Source: Candidatus Aenigmatarchaeota archaeon
GTDB taxonomy: Archaea > Aenigmatarchaeota > Aenigmatarchaeia > PWEA01 > JACQIF01
NCBI GenBank assembly: GCA_016432325.1
Contig: CP066684.1
Coordinates: 384,001 to 448,000, forward strand
Length of the DNA stretch: 64,000 nt
Direction of reading: 5' to 3'
A program made the position numbers and the translations under genes. Positions 37,039 to 46,664 of this stretch are shown here, piece after piece. The notes beneath the pieces were generated by a model. That model was given only the letters and a program-made list of their open reading frames with translations. It searched no databases and was not told the origin of the DNA. The stretch's first letter is position 1. The number at the start of each line of letters is the position of its first letter.

Positions 37039-37863
37039 ATGCTAAGTAAGAAAGGGTTCAACCAGGTTGATTTGGCAGTAGGCCTGTCTCTGATGCTGGC
37101 CGTGATGACCTTCGCGATAATCTACACGAATACTGCTATCGCGCCTCAGGTTAGCAGCGTGCAGTCCTTCGAGCTGCGGGCCACGGCAAAGGCCCTCGGG
37201 GACATGATATTCGAAGACCGAGGCGTCCCGACAGACTGGCCCTATCAGGAGCCCGTTCGGCCGTCGCTCATGGAGTACATCTACGCTGTCCCGCTCTCCG
37301 TGCGCGAAACGAACGGCACCGGATTGTCCAACGGAGTAATCAGCGTAAACCTGACGACGGGCGAACGCGCGTACAACGGCAGCATAAAGGTCTACGACGG
37401 GAACACGAGCCTCGCCACGAACGTTGTGGCCAGCGGCGATACGGACAGCGACGGCCTGCTCGAATGGGCCAACATTTCGTTCAGGTTCAGCATAGGCCCG
37501 CGGGAGAAGAAGCTGCTCAACGTTTATTACTCCGCGGACAACACGACCGCGGCAGCGTACACGTCACTCACGCAGACCGCGAACACGACGTTCAACGTCA
37601 CGATATTCGGCGAGCAGAGCCTCAAGGGGCTGACGCCGCTGAAGCTCGGACGGATAAACAACAAAACGTCAGCCTACCTGCGCCCCCTCTTCGGCATCAA
37701 GCGCGACTTCAGGATAGAGATCGCAAACGTCACAGGCACCGCGTACGCCGCCGGCGACGACCTTCCGAAGACCACCAACGTCGTTGTCAACGAACGTCTC
37801 ATTCCTTCCCAGAACAGGACTGCTCACATAAATCTGGTAAAAGCAACTCTGTGGATATGGTGA
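37039..37863 (+). CDS. Class III signal peptide pilin-like protein
   Basis: KKG|FNQVD; GVPTDW motif. Confidence 0.85.
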   Translation: MLSKKGFNQVDLAVGLSLMLAVMTFAIIYTNTAIAPQVSSVQSFELRATAKALGDMIFEDRGVPTDWPYQEPVRPSLMEYIYAVPLSVRETNGTGLSNGVISVNLTTGERAYNGSIKVYDGNTSLATNVVASGDTDSDGLLEWANISFRFSIGPREKKLLNVYYSADNTTAAAYTSLTQTANTTFNVTIFGEQSLKGLTPLKLGRINNKTSAYLRPLFGIKRDFRIEIANVTGTAYAAGDDLPKTTNVVVNERLIPSQNRTAHINLVKATLWIW

Positions 37864-37867
37864 TTCA

Positions 37868-37957
37868 ATGAATTTACCGCTCAGAAGGCCAAGAGGCGCA
37901 CGAAAAGATTCGCTTTTCGGCGCACCGAAAACCGACGTTTTCGGAGGTGACCAGTAA
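37868..37957 (+). other. Linker mini-ORF cassette (29 codons) with two hairpins
   Basis: CGAAAAG-ATTCG-CTTTTCG, CCGAAAAC-CGAC-GTTTTCGG; ends GAGGTGACCAGTAA-ATG, identical to 8942. Confidence 0.7.
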
Positions 37958-38353
37958 ATGTACGGGAAAGGACTGACTTACACGCTCGAAGCAGTCATAG
38001 CGCTCTCGCTCGTCGCGGTTTCCATGATAGCGGTCTTCAACGGACTGACCGTTCCGCAGGGAGCCCAGTTGCGTTTCGGTGAAGAGAACGCCTTCTCGTG
38101 CCTTAAGAGCCTGGACAGCGACGGCAAGCTGCGGGCCGACGCGGTGGCGCGCAACGCAGGGGCGATATCCAACAACCTGATAGGGTGCATTCGCGGCTCG
38201 TTCAATCATACTGTGCAGGTCTGCCAGGGCACGTGCACAAGCGTGACTCTTGACAGGGACGAGGACGTCGCATCAGTGGAGTATTACATCGCCGGGCACA
38301 ACACGACAAACCCGACGCTTGTGGTGGTATACGCATGGTCTTCCCTAACGTGA
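37958..38353 (+). CDS. Class III signal peptide pilin-like protein
   Basis: GKG|LTYTLEAVIA. Confidence 0.85.
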   Translation: MYGKGLTYTLEAVIALSLVAVSMIAVFNGLTVPQGAQLRFGEENAFSCLKSLDSDGKLRADAVARNAGAISNNLIGCIRGSFNHTVQVCQGTCTSVTLDRDEDVASVEYYIAGHNTTNPTLVVVYAWSSLT

Positions 38354-39078
38354 AAGGACAGATGATGCTGATGATGGCAATCATCATAGTGCTCGTCGTC
38401 ATAGCCATACGCATCGAGGCGGACAGCGTCTCAACCATCGAGAGCTTCGACTTCCAGAGGGGAGGCGAACACGAAGCCTTCGACAACGTGCTGCGCGAGT
38501 TGGCGACCAGCGGCCGTCTCGCGTTCACTGAGAATCCGGACGGCGCCTACGTGGACGCGCGCCTGTCGAACTTCACGGCCTTCGTCAGAAAGAAGAAAGA
38601 CGTTTCCGTAATCTACGCCGTCGTCTCCTACAAGCCATCGAACAGGTTCAACGTCACCGTGCGCAACTACCTCGGCGACGAGATGGTCGGCGTGCTAGTT
38701 GAGCACAACGTCTCCGGTTCCGCGACGTCAGCGTCCCTCGGAAGCCTCGCAATCGGCGCTTTCAACAACACGACCGCGACCAGCGCCGTCGCGTCAGAAA
38801 GACCTGTGGAAGTGAACGTCTCTTACACGACGCGCGGCAGCGGGGAGAATTTCAAGCACACGTTCACGGCCATAGTGGGCCCAGCCTACAACTACACGAC
38901 TGTCTACGCCCAGATGACGCTCAAGAGCGGCGATTCATCCCTATCTGACGCGTTCGCATACACGCTCGTCGCGAACTCGAGCTCGGCTGCCGCTTACGCG
39001 ACGCCCTACGGAACGCCTTACGCGTATCCCTATCCGGACCCGATTCCGTACTTGACGCCTTACGGGTCGCCTGCATAG
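38335..39078 (+). CDS. Class III signal peptide pilin-like protein with Tyr/Pro-rich tail
   Basis: KG|QMMLMMAIII. Confidence 0.8.
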   Translation: MVFPNVKGQMMLMMAIIIVLVVIAIRIEADSVSTIESFDFQRGGEHEAFDNVLRELATSGRLAFTENPDGAYVDARLSNFTAFVRKKKDVSVIYAVVSYKPSNRFNVTVRNYLGDEMVGVLVEHNVSGSATSASLGSLAIGAFNNTTATSAVASERPVEVNVSYTTRGSGENFKHTFTAIVGPAYNYTTVYAQMTLKSGDSSLSDAFAYTLVANSSSAAAYATPYGTPYAYPYPDPIPYLTPYGSPA

Positions 39079-39125
39079 TCCCTGATAGCGTCACTAGTGC
39101 CCGCGGGCTGCCTACTCGGATAGAA

Positions 39126-39590
39126 TCAGCAGACGTAGCCGCCGCCGGAAAGCGCGCAGGTGTAGATGGCTTCGCGTGGGCACGTCTTGCTCTGTATCTG
39201 CACGCGGGAAGGCTGTGTCGTTATGCCTGTGACCGCAAAGGTCTGCAGGTCTCCTGAACCCATGGCGACATTCGAGTTTGGAGGAGTGCTTTCCAAAAAG
39301 TCGACCTCGCTCGTGAATGTGACTATCCTGAAGTTGGTCAGGTTCTGCGTGCCCCTGTTGCGCGCCAGAACTGAAATCTTGCCTGCCGACGCGTCGTAGG
39401 TGGCTGCCGTGATCTCCAGTATCGCGCGCTGGCAGCCGCTGCTGAACTCTTCCGCCGCCTGTCCGGATTCGGTTATCTGTTCGCTCGTGAACGTGCGCGC
39501 GAAGACTGCGATGAAGGTCGCGACAGTTATCGTGAAGGCGATGAGCAAGACGGTTGCGATAAGAGGGCTGAGACCCTTCACGTTCCTCAT
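39126..39590 (-). CDS. Archaellin/type IV pilin N-terminal domain protein
   Basis: KG|LSPLIATVLLIAFTI. Confidence 0.92.
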   Translation of the reverse strand: MRNVKGLSPLIATVLLIAFTITVATFIAVFARTFTSEQITESGQAAEEFSSGCQRAILEITAATYDASAGKISVLARNRGTQNLTNFRIVTFTSEVDFLESTPPNSNVAMGSGDLQTFAVTGITTQPSRVQIQSKTCPREAIYTCALSGGGYVC

Positions 39591-39640
39591 GCGGTTAATG
39601 CATTTCCTTGATTTATAAATGCCGTGCGCGTACTAGGCCC

Positions 39641-40114
39641 ATGCGGCCCCAGAAGGGAATATCCCCGATTATAGCCGTGGTTCTGCTCATCGGCCTCACT
39701 GTGGCCTCCGCGGCCGTGCTGGTCAATTTCTACGCGCCCTTCCAGCAGGCCCGGCAGTCGGAGATAGAGCAGAAGGGTTCAACAGAAGCGGAATGCGCGT
39801 TCGCCTCCATAGAGTTCACGGACGACGACGTCGCGTCCAACCTCACGGCAAGCACGGACACCGTAAACGTCACCGTCGACAACACTGGAAGCGTGGACCT
39901 ATACGACTTCCAGATAACGGTAACGATAAGCAATATAGCCTACAGTTACGAACCCGACAACGTGACCAAGAGGACGGCCGCTGTGCCCATGAAACCGGGG
40001 GACAAGGTTGTGTTCGTGACTAACGTAACGGACAACCTGTCCGGAACGATAACGTCCGTGGAGGTCGTTGGCCGCAACTGCCCCAGAGCGGCGAGAAAGA
40101 AGGTTGACTTATGA
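39641..40114 (+). CDS. Archaellin/type IV pilin N-terminal domain protein
   Basis: KG|ISPIIAVVLLI. Confidence 0.92.
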   Translation: MRPQKGISPIIAVVLLIGLTVASAAVLVNFYAPFQQARQSEIEQKGSTEAECAFASIEFTDDDVASNLTASTDTVNVTVDNTGSVDLYDFQITVTISNIAYSYEPDNVTKRTAAVPMKPGDKVVFVTNVTDNLSGTITSVEVVGRNCPRAARKKVDL

Positions 40115-40668
40115 GCATGTACGAAATATGCGATTTCGACATTTTCAAATGTCGTTTGAAAAGTTCGTACGGCGGGCGTACGAACATACCGAAAGGCCGC
40201 GGCCTTTCGTGCAAAGGAGTGAGCCCGCTGATCGCGACCGTACTGCTGATAGCGTTCGCCATAGCCGCGGCCGGCATACTCGCCAACTTCGTCCTGCCGT
40301 TCACGCAGTCCACTGTGTCAGAAAGCACTTCGCGGGGCAGCAGCGACATCAGCTGTTCGTACGCCAACATCATCATAGACGAGGCCTCATGGAACTCCAC
40401 TTCGAACACGCTCTCTCTTACAATCGAAAACAACGGCCGTGAAACCCTGAAGAACTTCAAAGCCTCCATCGTCAGAACGAACAACACCGTATCGACCCTG
40501 ATACTCGCGCCGACAGGCGCGGAGATGCAGCCCGGAGACATAGAGACGTTCACAAACGCGACAAACGTGGCGCCCTGCAGCGACATCAGCTCGGTCACGG
40601 TGCGTTCGGACACGTGCCCGACAGACGCCCGCCACGAAATACAGAAGGCATCCATAACAAGCTGTTAG
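40111..40668 (+). CDS. Type IV pilin with palindrome-expanded leader
   Basis: KG|VSPLIATVLLIAFAI after a 36-aa leader. Confidence 0.9.
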   Translation: MSMYEICDFDIFKCRLKSSYGGRTNIPKGRGLSCKGVSPLIATVLLIAFAIAAAGILANFVLPFTQSTVSESTSRGSSDISCSYANIIIDEASWNSTSNTLSLTIENNGRETLKNFKASIVRTNNTVSTLILAPTGAEMQPGDIETFTNATNVAPCSDISSVTVRSDTCPTDARHEIQKASITSC

Positions 40669-40675
40669 TGATAAG

Positions 40676-41407
40676 ATGAAAGGACTCTCCCCTGTCATAG
40701 CCGCGGTCTTCGTACTGGCCATTTCGCTCGCCGCGATAGTCATAGTCCTCAAGGTCGGCATCCCCTCCTTCACCGAGGCCCGCGAGTTTGCGACCCTTAC
40801 GGAAGCTAAAGGGGTCCTGCTTGCCATAGACAGCGCGATACGGGAGGTCGCTTCAGAAGGGGAGGGCAGCACGCGGCGCCTGCAGCTGCGCATCACCGAC
40901 GGGACGTACGTGATAGACAACAAGAGCCAAGAGGTGCGTTTCGAGCTGCAAACGGAGTCTGAAATCGTCGCGCCCTGCGTCGGCGTCCGCGAGGGCCCGA
41001 TACTGATTAATTCCGGCGGCGACGTCACCGGCGCCGAACGGGACGAGAACAACGACGGCATCACCGATCTCATTCTGGAGAACTCCAAGATGATGCTGGT
41101 GATAAACAAGACAGGCACGTCCGCCAGCCTCGCCGCGGTCGACACAGGCAAATTGATTTTGAAGATGTGGATAAAGGGCCCCAACGTCAACGTCACGCCG
41201 AGCGACTCCACGATACGGCTCGATAACGTAGCCAACTCCAACCGCGGTTCGGGATACACGGAACTTCTCGACTCCGGAACGAAGATGGGACGCGGCCGCA
41301 TACGCGCGCATCTCGAGAACGCGGGCGGCATAGACTACGACGTAATCTACAACCTGTTTTGCGGCGACTACGTGCGCATAGACGTGCAGAACGCGGTCTA
41401 CAGGTGA
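40676..41407 (+). CDS. Class III signal peptide pilin-like protein
   Basis: MKG|LSPVIAAV; IREVASEGEGSTR. Confidence 0.87.
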   Translation: MKGLSPVIAAVFVLAISLAAIVIVLKVGIPSFTEAREFATLTEAKGVLLAIDSAIREVASEGEGSTRRLQLRITDGTYVIDNKSQEVRFELQTESEIVAPCVGVREGPILINSGGDVTGAERDENNDGITDLILENSKMMLVINKTGTSASLAAVDTGKLILKMWIKGPNVNVTPSDSTIRLDNVANSNRGSGYTELLDSGTKMGRGRIRAHLENAGGIDYDVIYNLFCGDYVRIDVQNAVYR

Positions 41408-41411
41408 TTGC

Positions 41412-42002
41412 GTGCGCGCCCTCTTCTTCGCCGCGCTTGTCCTGTGTCTAATTGCCCTGCTTCCGGCGCAAGCCTTGGCAGGAGGGGTATTCCAGACAAA
41501 GCTCGTCCTGAACTACAGTATAAGCGTGAACGACACCGTATACATCGGAGAGAACCGAAGCCCGGCCACGAACGTCTGGTATCCGAACAACCTGACCAAA
41601 CGGTTCGCGTGCACGCAGAACGCCACCATAGCATCGAGCCCGGTTGCAGTCGTGCTCGCTTCAGGAGGTGGCTTCCGCAACCTCAACTACACGAACAGCA
41701 CGCACAACCGCACCGTCGAAATAACCCAAGACTACGGCTCGCCGTTCTACATCTTCGCGGCTGACACGAACTGCACGCGCATCATCAAGAACTACCCGGC
41801 GATAGAGGATGGCCGCGTGGCTGTCATGGGCAGCGTGCCTGACGTGTCAACCACGGGCATCGTTGCGTGGATTCCGTACGCGCGCATCAACATCACCCTG
41901 CCGCTCAGCATGCCAAAAGGCACGTGGGACCTCATTGTGCAGAACAACGGAACGGCGCGCAACATCAGCAGCGTATGGTTCAGGCTGCTGGGACATGAGT
42001 AG
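41412..42002 (+). CDS. Secreted protein homologous to the C-terminal domain of surface protein B
   Basis: Signal peptide; RFACTQ...ITQ...NCT pattern shared with the 42008 C-terminus. Confidence 0.75.
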   Translation: MRALFFAALVLCLIALLPAQALAGGVFQTKLVLNYSISVNDTVYIGENRSPATNVWYPNNLTKRFACTQNATIASSPVAVVLASGGGFRNLNYTNSTHNRTVEITQDYGSPFYIFAADTNCTRIIKNYPAIEDGRVAVMGSVPDVSTTGIVAWIPYARINITLPLSMPKGTWDLIVQNNGTARNISSVWFRLLGHE

Positions 42003-42007
42003 GAGGC

Positions 42008-45000
42008 GTGAAGATGCGGTTTAAGCTGATCGCCATGTTTCTCGTTCTCCTGATAGCGCCGTCGCTCGTGCTGGCGGCCAACACGGCATCCGGCCCGTAC
42101 AAGGGGGACGTCTATCTGAAGATATCGAAGGACGTGGGCGGTGATTCCCTGACGTACAAGCTCACGACCTCGTCCACGGAAGGCGCGGCCGCGAGCCCGC
42201 AGAACAACCCGTGGGAACTGGAAGCCGGCGGGAACATCACGTTCAGGCTGCTCACGGCCACGGCAGGAACCGTCCCTACGTGCAACAACGTCGGCCCGGA
42301 CAACCCTTGCGTATACTCGATAGTCATGTACTATGACAACGCCACGAGCGACAACAACATCATACGTGTCATCAGCAACAGCACGTCGGCGTTCGCCAAC
42401 AACACTCTGATTAACGTCTACGCCACGAGCGACGGCACGTCAACCGGCGCGCCCCGTGCCGGAGTGTTTCGCCTGCGCATGCGCGCCAAGTCCGTTGCGG
42501 ACACTGAAGTTACGGACTACGACGCGTCGTCGGACGTGGGAATAACAGACACGACGCAACAGCTCACCTACGATGCGGCGTTCGCGAAGGGCTTCGCCCG
42601 CGCGCGTTTCAACGTGACGAACTTCACCGCTTACAAGGACTCGGCGTACGCAACAAACGACACGCGCTTCATGCGCGGGGAAACGGTCTATTTGGAATTC
42701 AAGACGGATGCGTCAGCATGGAACACCACAGGCGTGGAGACCGTAGTTCTGACCATCGAGGGAACCGGTTCTACGCTGGCGTCGTTCGCGTCGAACGCAA
42801 CGTACGCGAACAACACGTACCGCGCGACATGGGCGATGCCTGTGGACGCCGACCTGAACCAGTACAGGACGACGCTGAGTATAACAGGGACATCCAAAGC
42901 ATTCGTGGGCACGTACACGGACCAGTTCTCCGGGCAGACCGAGGATCTGGTGCTGAACAACGGCTCTACGGTGACGCTTAGCGGAACTCTAACGTACAGA
43001 GAGATAGTGATAAGCAACGGCAAGATAGCGGTTGACGGTTCCCTGACGCTCCGCGCGGACAAAGGAATCATCGTTCAGGCAGGCACATTCATCAACGCCA
43101 CAGGACGCGGGGATTCTGGCGGAGTGGGCGGGGTTGGCAGCGAGGACTGCGCTCTCGGAAACCACGCAGATGACGGCGTAGGAGACGGTAAGGGAACGGC
43201 AGGCGTTTCGACTCCTAGCGCGCAGGGCGGAGCTGCGGGAGGTGCAGGAGGTCACGGAGGAGCTGGGTCAGGCGGCATATCGGTTCCCGCCACGGCAGGA
43301 ACCGGCGGCGGAACGCATGGCAGCCAAACAGACAGAACCAGCAAGAAGGGGTCAGGAGGAGGAGGAGGAGATTATGGATGCAGCGTGGAGTCGCCGGGCG
43401 TGGGTACGTCTGTCGTCAGTGGGGGAAATGGGGGGGGAGGTGGAGGCATAGTCGTTCTTGAAGCCGACGACAACATTACAATATCAGGAACCGTGGAAGC
43501 TAACGGCGGCGCAGGCCAAGCAGGTAATGTAAGACTCGTCAGTCCTACCCCTGCAGCAGGAGGCGGAGGAGGTGGTGGAGCCGGAGGCACGATAATACTC
43601 AATTCTTCCAAGATAATAATCAACAGCGGGGGAATTGTCACAGCCACGGGAGGCGATGGAGGCCAAGGCAAGAGATTCCAGAATTCACCAGGAAACCCCG
43701 ACATCATAACAGATTGCTCTGGCAGCGGTGGAGGCGGAGGCGGAGGAAGGATAAAGATATTCGCCGTTGAACTGACCAACGGAGGAAGCGTACTCGTTAC
43801 ACAGGGATTTATGTTAAATACAGAATGCGGCTTCAATAGCGCCGACGGCGTGACGGGCACAAAATACACCGAAGCCGGCGAGCAGTGGACCAACTTCAGC
43901 GCCAAGAGCTTCGGACGTTCGACAGACACTCTTTCAGATTTCTCCGTCAACAACATGACAGATCCTGACGCGTTCGCGACGACGGCGAACGCATCCTTCT
44001 GGGTTGAAGAAGAACTCCGCGTAACGCACGACTACGGGCCGCGCCTGAACTTCTCGAACAGCTCTGCGATAAACGCGTACGTCCAGCGCGGCGAGAACCT
44101 CAACTATTCGTTTGTCGTTCTCGACGAATGGAACCGGACGTTCGCGTCGCGCGAAATCAACGTCAGCGTCAACGCCACGGCCTTCGAGAGGAACTTCTCC
44201 ACGGCGACCACGAGCGCCGCCGCACGCGTGACGAGCAACATCACTGTCGGCACGGACTGGCTCGATTCGTACACGAACACGACGCCCGGCGCGCTCGAGA
44301 ACAGGAACTACACGTTCCGCGTGCGCTACCCGTCGAACGTCACGTCGGACGCTCAAGGTTCCGTTGGTTTCAATACGTCGCAGGACTACATGTTCGATGT
44401 GGATGACGAGCTGTACGTCGACACCCACGTGCAGAACACGACGACGCTGAGCAAGGATCCTCTGGACGACGGCACGGAACAGAGTTCATATGGCGTCGCG
44501 AAAGAAACCGCCTACGTATGGGTTCACGTCTGGAACGTGCGCAGCGAGGAGCAAAATGACAAGAACGTCACGACATGGGTATACCACAACAGCAAGAGTC
44601 GCAGCGACCCAACGTCCACGTTCACAGGCACGACAGGTTCGGATGGCTGGACCGCACAGCTAGGAAGCGTTGCGGCGCAGGTGCCGACAGGCGTCTGGTA
44701 CTTCGACTCTGATGTAGGCGCGGACGCATACAACAATTCCGGCACGGACAATGAAGGCGTCTCGTTCTTCTCGGTGCCGCCGGTGAACGTGACGTTCCGC
44801 CTCAATTTCAGCGTGGGCGCGATAAACAACGGGAACCTTGCGAACCGGTGGTCGTGCGTGCAGGACACGGGCAACAGAACGTTCGTGGCGTTCGTCTTTG
44901 CCGGCGGCGAACCCCTCGCGACCGGACAGTACAACACCACCCCGACGGGCTGGAACGTAAACATCACGCAGAAAGTGGCCGAATCCACGTATCTCGCGTA

Positions 45001-45247
45001 CGCCAACGGCACGTGCACGAACGTGCAAAACAACGAGGAGGATATTAGCAAAGGTCTGTTCAAGAACAGGAACTTCCCCGCGTTCGCGACAGGCGACATC
45101 GCGCGCTACACGGTAAAGCTCGCGCTCGAATACGCCAACGTCCGTTTCAACAACAATTTGACGTGGGCGGAGGGTTCGCACAGGATTATACTCACCAACA
45201 ACAAGACCACGTCCACTACCGTCAACATCACGTCTAGCCGCCAGTGA
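42008..45247 (+). CDS. Giant secreted surface protein B: same scaffold as A with a glycine-rich insert
   Basis: Shared TRFMRGETVY, ASFWVE, VLDEWNRTFA, YVDTHVQNTTTLSKD, GTTGSDGWTAQLGS. Confidence 0.9.
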   Translation: MKMRFKLIAMFLVLLIAPSLVLAANTASGPYKGDVYLKISKDVGGDSLTYKLTTSSTEGAAASPQNNPWELEAGGNITFRLLTATAGTVPTCNNVGPDNPCVYSIVMYYDNATSDNNIIRVISNSTSAFANNTLINVYATSDGTSTGAPRAGVFRLRMRAKSVADTEVTDYDASSDVGITDTTQQLTYDAAFAKGFARARFNVTNFTAYKDSAYATNDTRFMRGETVYLEFKTDASAWNTTGVETVVLTIEGTGSTLASFASNATYANNTYRATWAMPVDADLNQYRTTLSITGTSKAFVGTYTDQFSGQTEDLVLNNGSTVTLSGTLTYREIVISNGKIAVDGSLTLRADKGIIVQAGTFINATGRGDSGGVGGVGSEDCALGNHADDGVGDGKGTAGVSTPSAQGGAAGGAGGHGGAGSGGISVPATAGTGGGTHGSQTDRTSKKGSGGGGGDYGCSVESPGVGTSVVSGGNGGGGGGIVVLEADDNITISGTVEANGGAGQAGNVRLVSPTPAAGGGGGGGAGGTIILNSSKIIINSGGIVTATGGDGGQGKRFQNSPGNPDIITDCSGSGGGGGGGRIKIFAVELTNGGSVLVTQGFMLNTECGFNSADGVTGTKYTEAGEQWTNFSAKSFGRSTDTLSDFSVNNMTDPDAFATTANASFWVEEELRVTHDYGPRLNFSNSSAINAYVQRGENLNYSFVVLDEWNRTFASREINVSVNATAFERNFSTATTSAAARVTSNITVGTDWLDSYTNTTPGALENRNYTFRVRYPSNVTSDAQGSVGFNTSQDYMFDVDDELYVDTHVQNTTTLSKDPLDDGTEQSSYGVAKETAYVWVHVWNVRSEEQNDKNVTTWVYHNSKSRSDPTSTFTGTTGSDGWTAQLGSVAAQVPTGVWYFDSDVGADAYNNSGTDNEGVSFFSVPPVNVTFRLNFSVGAINNGNLANRWSCVQDTGNRTFVAFVFAGGEPLATGQYNTTPTGWNVNITQKVAESTYLAYANGTCTNVQNNEEDISKGLFKNRNFPAFATGDIARYTVKLALEYANVRFNNNLTWAEGSHRIILTNNKTTSTTVNITSSRQ

Positions 45248-45302
45248 GAGCCTAAAAGGAGCCTCGTCAAGGTTTATCAAGCCGTTCCTGTTAAAGGTCA
45301 CT

Positions 45303-46655
45303 ATGTACTCGCAGCGTCTGCTCAAGATTTTCGGGGGCGCGGGCATAAAGATAGGCGACCGCATACGCGTTACGCGGGGGGGTCGTATATACGAAGGTCT
45401 GCTGATGCCCAGACCGGGCGCCGGCTCTCCGGATTGCATTATTCTGAAACTCGACAGCGGCTACAACGTCGGTCTGGCCTACGAAACCGGCGCAAATCTA
45501 ACGAAGTCGGCAACGGCGGAGCCAAAAGCCGTGGAACGTGAAGCGAAATACGAACTTGGAAAGGGGAGTCATAGGGACGCATTCAATTTTGACTCTTCCA
45601 AACCCCCCGTGTCTTTCATAACCACAGGAGGCACGATATCTTCAAAGGTTGACTACCGCACAGGCGGCGTCACAGCGCTGGTCGAACCGAAAGAACTGCT
45701 CCATCTCGCGCCCGAAATGTCCAAGTTCGTCAACGTACGCACTTTCGCGAGCCCGTTCACGCGCATGAGCGAGAACATGGGCTTCGACGATTACGCGGCT
45801 CTCGCTTCCGCTGTGTTCAAGGCGATGAAAAAGGACGAAGGCGTCATAGTAACGCATGGAACCGATACTCTGCACTACACTGCCGCGGCCCTCTCGTTCG
45901 CGATTCGGGACCCCGCCAAACCCGTGGTGCTCACGGGCTCGCAACGTTCGTCAGACCGCGGCTCCACAGACGCTTCGATGAACCTTTTATGCTCGGCCAT
46001 CGCAGCGGCATCGGATATGGCAGAAGTGGGCGTCTGCATGCACGGCACGAGCGACGACGCGTACGCGCTGTTCAACCGCGGCACGAAGGTGCGCAAGCTC
46101 CACGCGTCAAGGCGCGACGCGTTTCGTCCTGTGAACGCGCTGCCTCTGGCGCGCGTCTATCCGGACGGTAAAATCGAGCGTCTTTCCCCGTACAGAAAAC
46201 GCGGGGAGGGTGTCACGCGTTTGGATGCGGAATTTTACCCAAAGGTCGCGCTGCTCAAGGCGTATCCGGGCTGCAAGCCGGACATCGTAGACTACTACGT
46301 TTCCAAGGGCTACAAGGGAATCGTTGTCGAGGCTCTGGGTCTCGGCCAGGTTCCGACAGAAACAGGCCGCTCGTGGCTCAACGCGATTCGCAAAGCGATA
46401 GACGGCGGCGTCACGGTCGTCTTCGCGCCGCAGACTATATACGGCCGCCTGAATCCGTACGTTTATGCGGAGGCGCGTCTCGCACACGACGCAGGCGTCG
46501 TATACGCTGAAGACATGCTGCCGGAGGTTGCGTACGTGAAGCTCGCATGGGTTCTGGGCCACACAAAAATAGCAGAACGCGTGCGCGAGATGTTCCTGAC
46601 GAATATCGCGGGAGAGATGTCGTCGCGCACGACGCCTGAGACGTTCCTCTATTAG
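45303..46655 (+). CDS. gatD: Glu-tRNA(Gln) amidotransferase subunit D
   Basis: KLDSGYNVG, TGGTISSKVDYRTGGV, HGTDT, GSQRSSDRGS. Confidence 0.97.
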   Translation: MYSQRLLKIFGGAGIKIGDRIRVTRGGRIYEGLLMPRPGAGSPDCIILKLDSGYNVGLAYETGANLTKSATAEPKAVEREAKYELGKGSHRDAFNFDSSKPPVSFITTGGTISSKVDYRTGGVTALVEPKELLHLAPEMSKFVNVRTFASPFTRMSENMGFDDYAALASAVFKAMKKDEGVIVTHGTDTLHYTAAALSFAIRDPAKPVVLTGSQRSSDRGSTDASMNLLCSAIAAASDMAEVGVCMHGTSDDAYALFNRGTKVRKLHASRRDAFRPVNALPLARVYPDGKIERLSPYRKRGEGVTRLDAEFYPKVALLKAYPGCKPDIVDYYVSKGYKGIVVEALGLGQVPTETGRSWLNAIRKAIDGGVTVVFAPQTIYGRLNPYVYAEARLAHDAGVVYAEDMLPEVAYVKLAWVLGHTKIAERVREMFLTNIAGEMSSRTTPETFLY

Positions 46656-46664
46656 GTGCATTTG

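Noticed and set aside
32239-45247. Diversity-generating retroelement TR/VR pair between surface proteins A and B
   Set aside because: Shared segments are paralogous coding scaffold, differences are not adenine-specific, and no reverse transcriptase is present.
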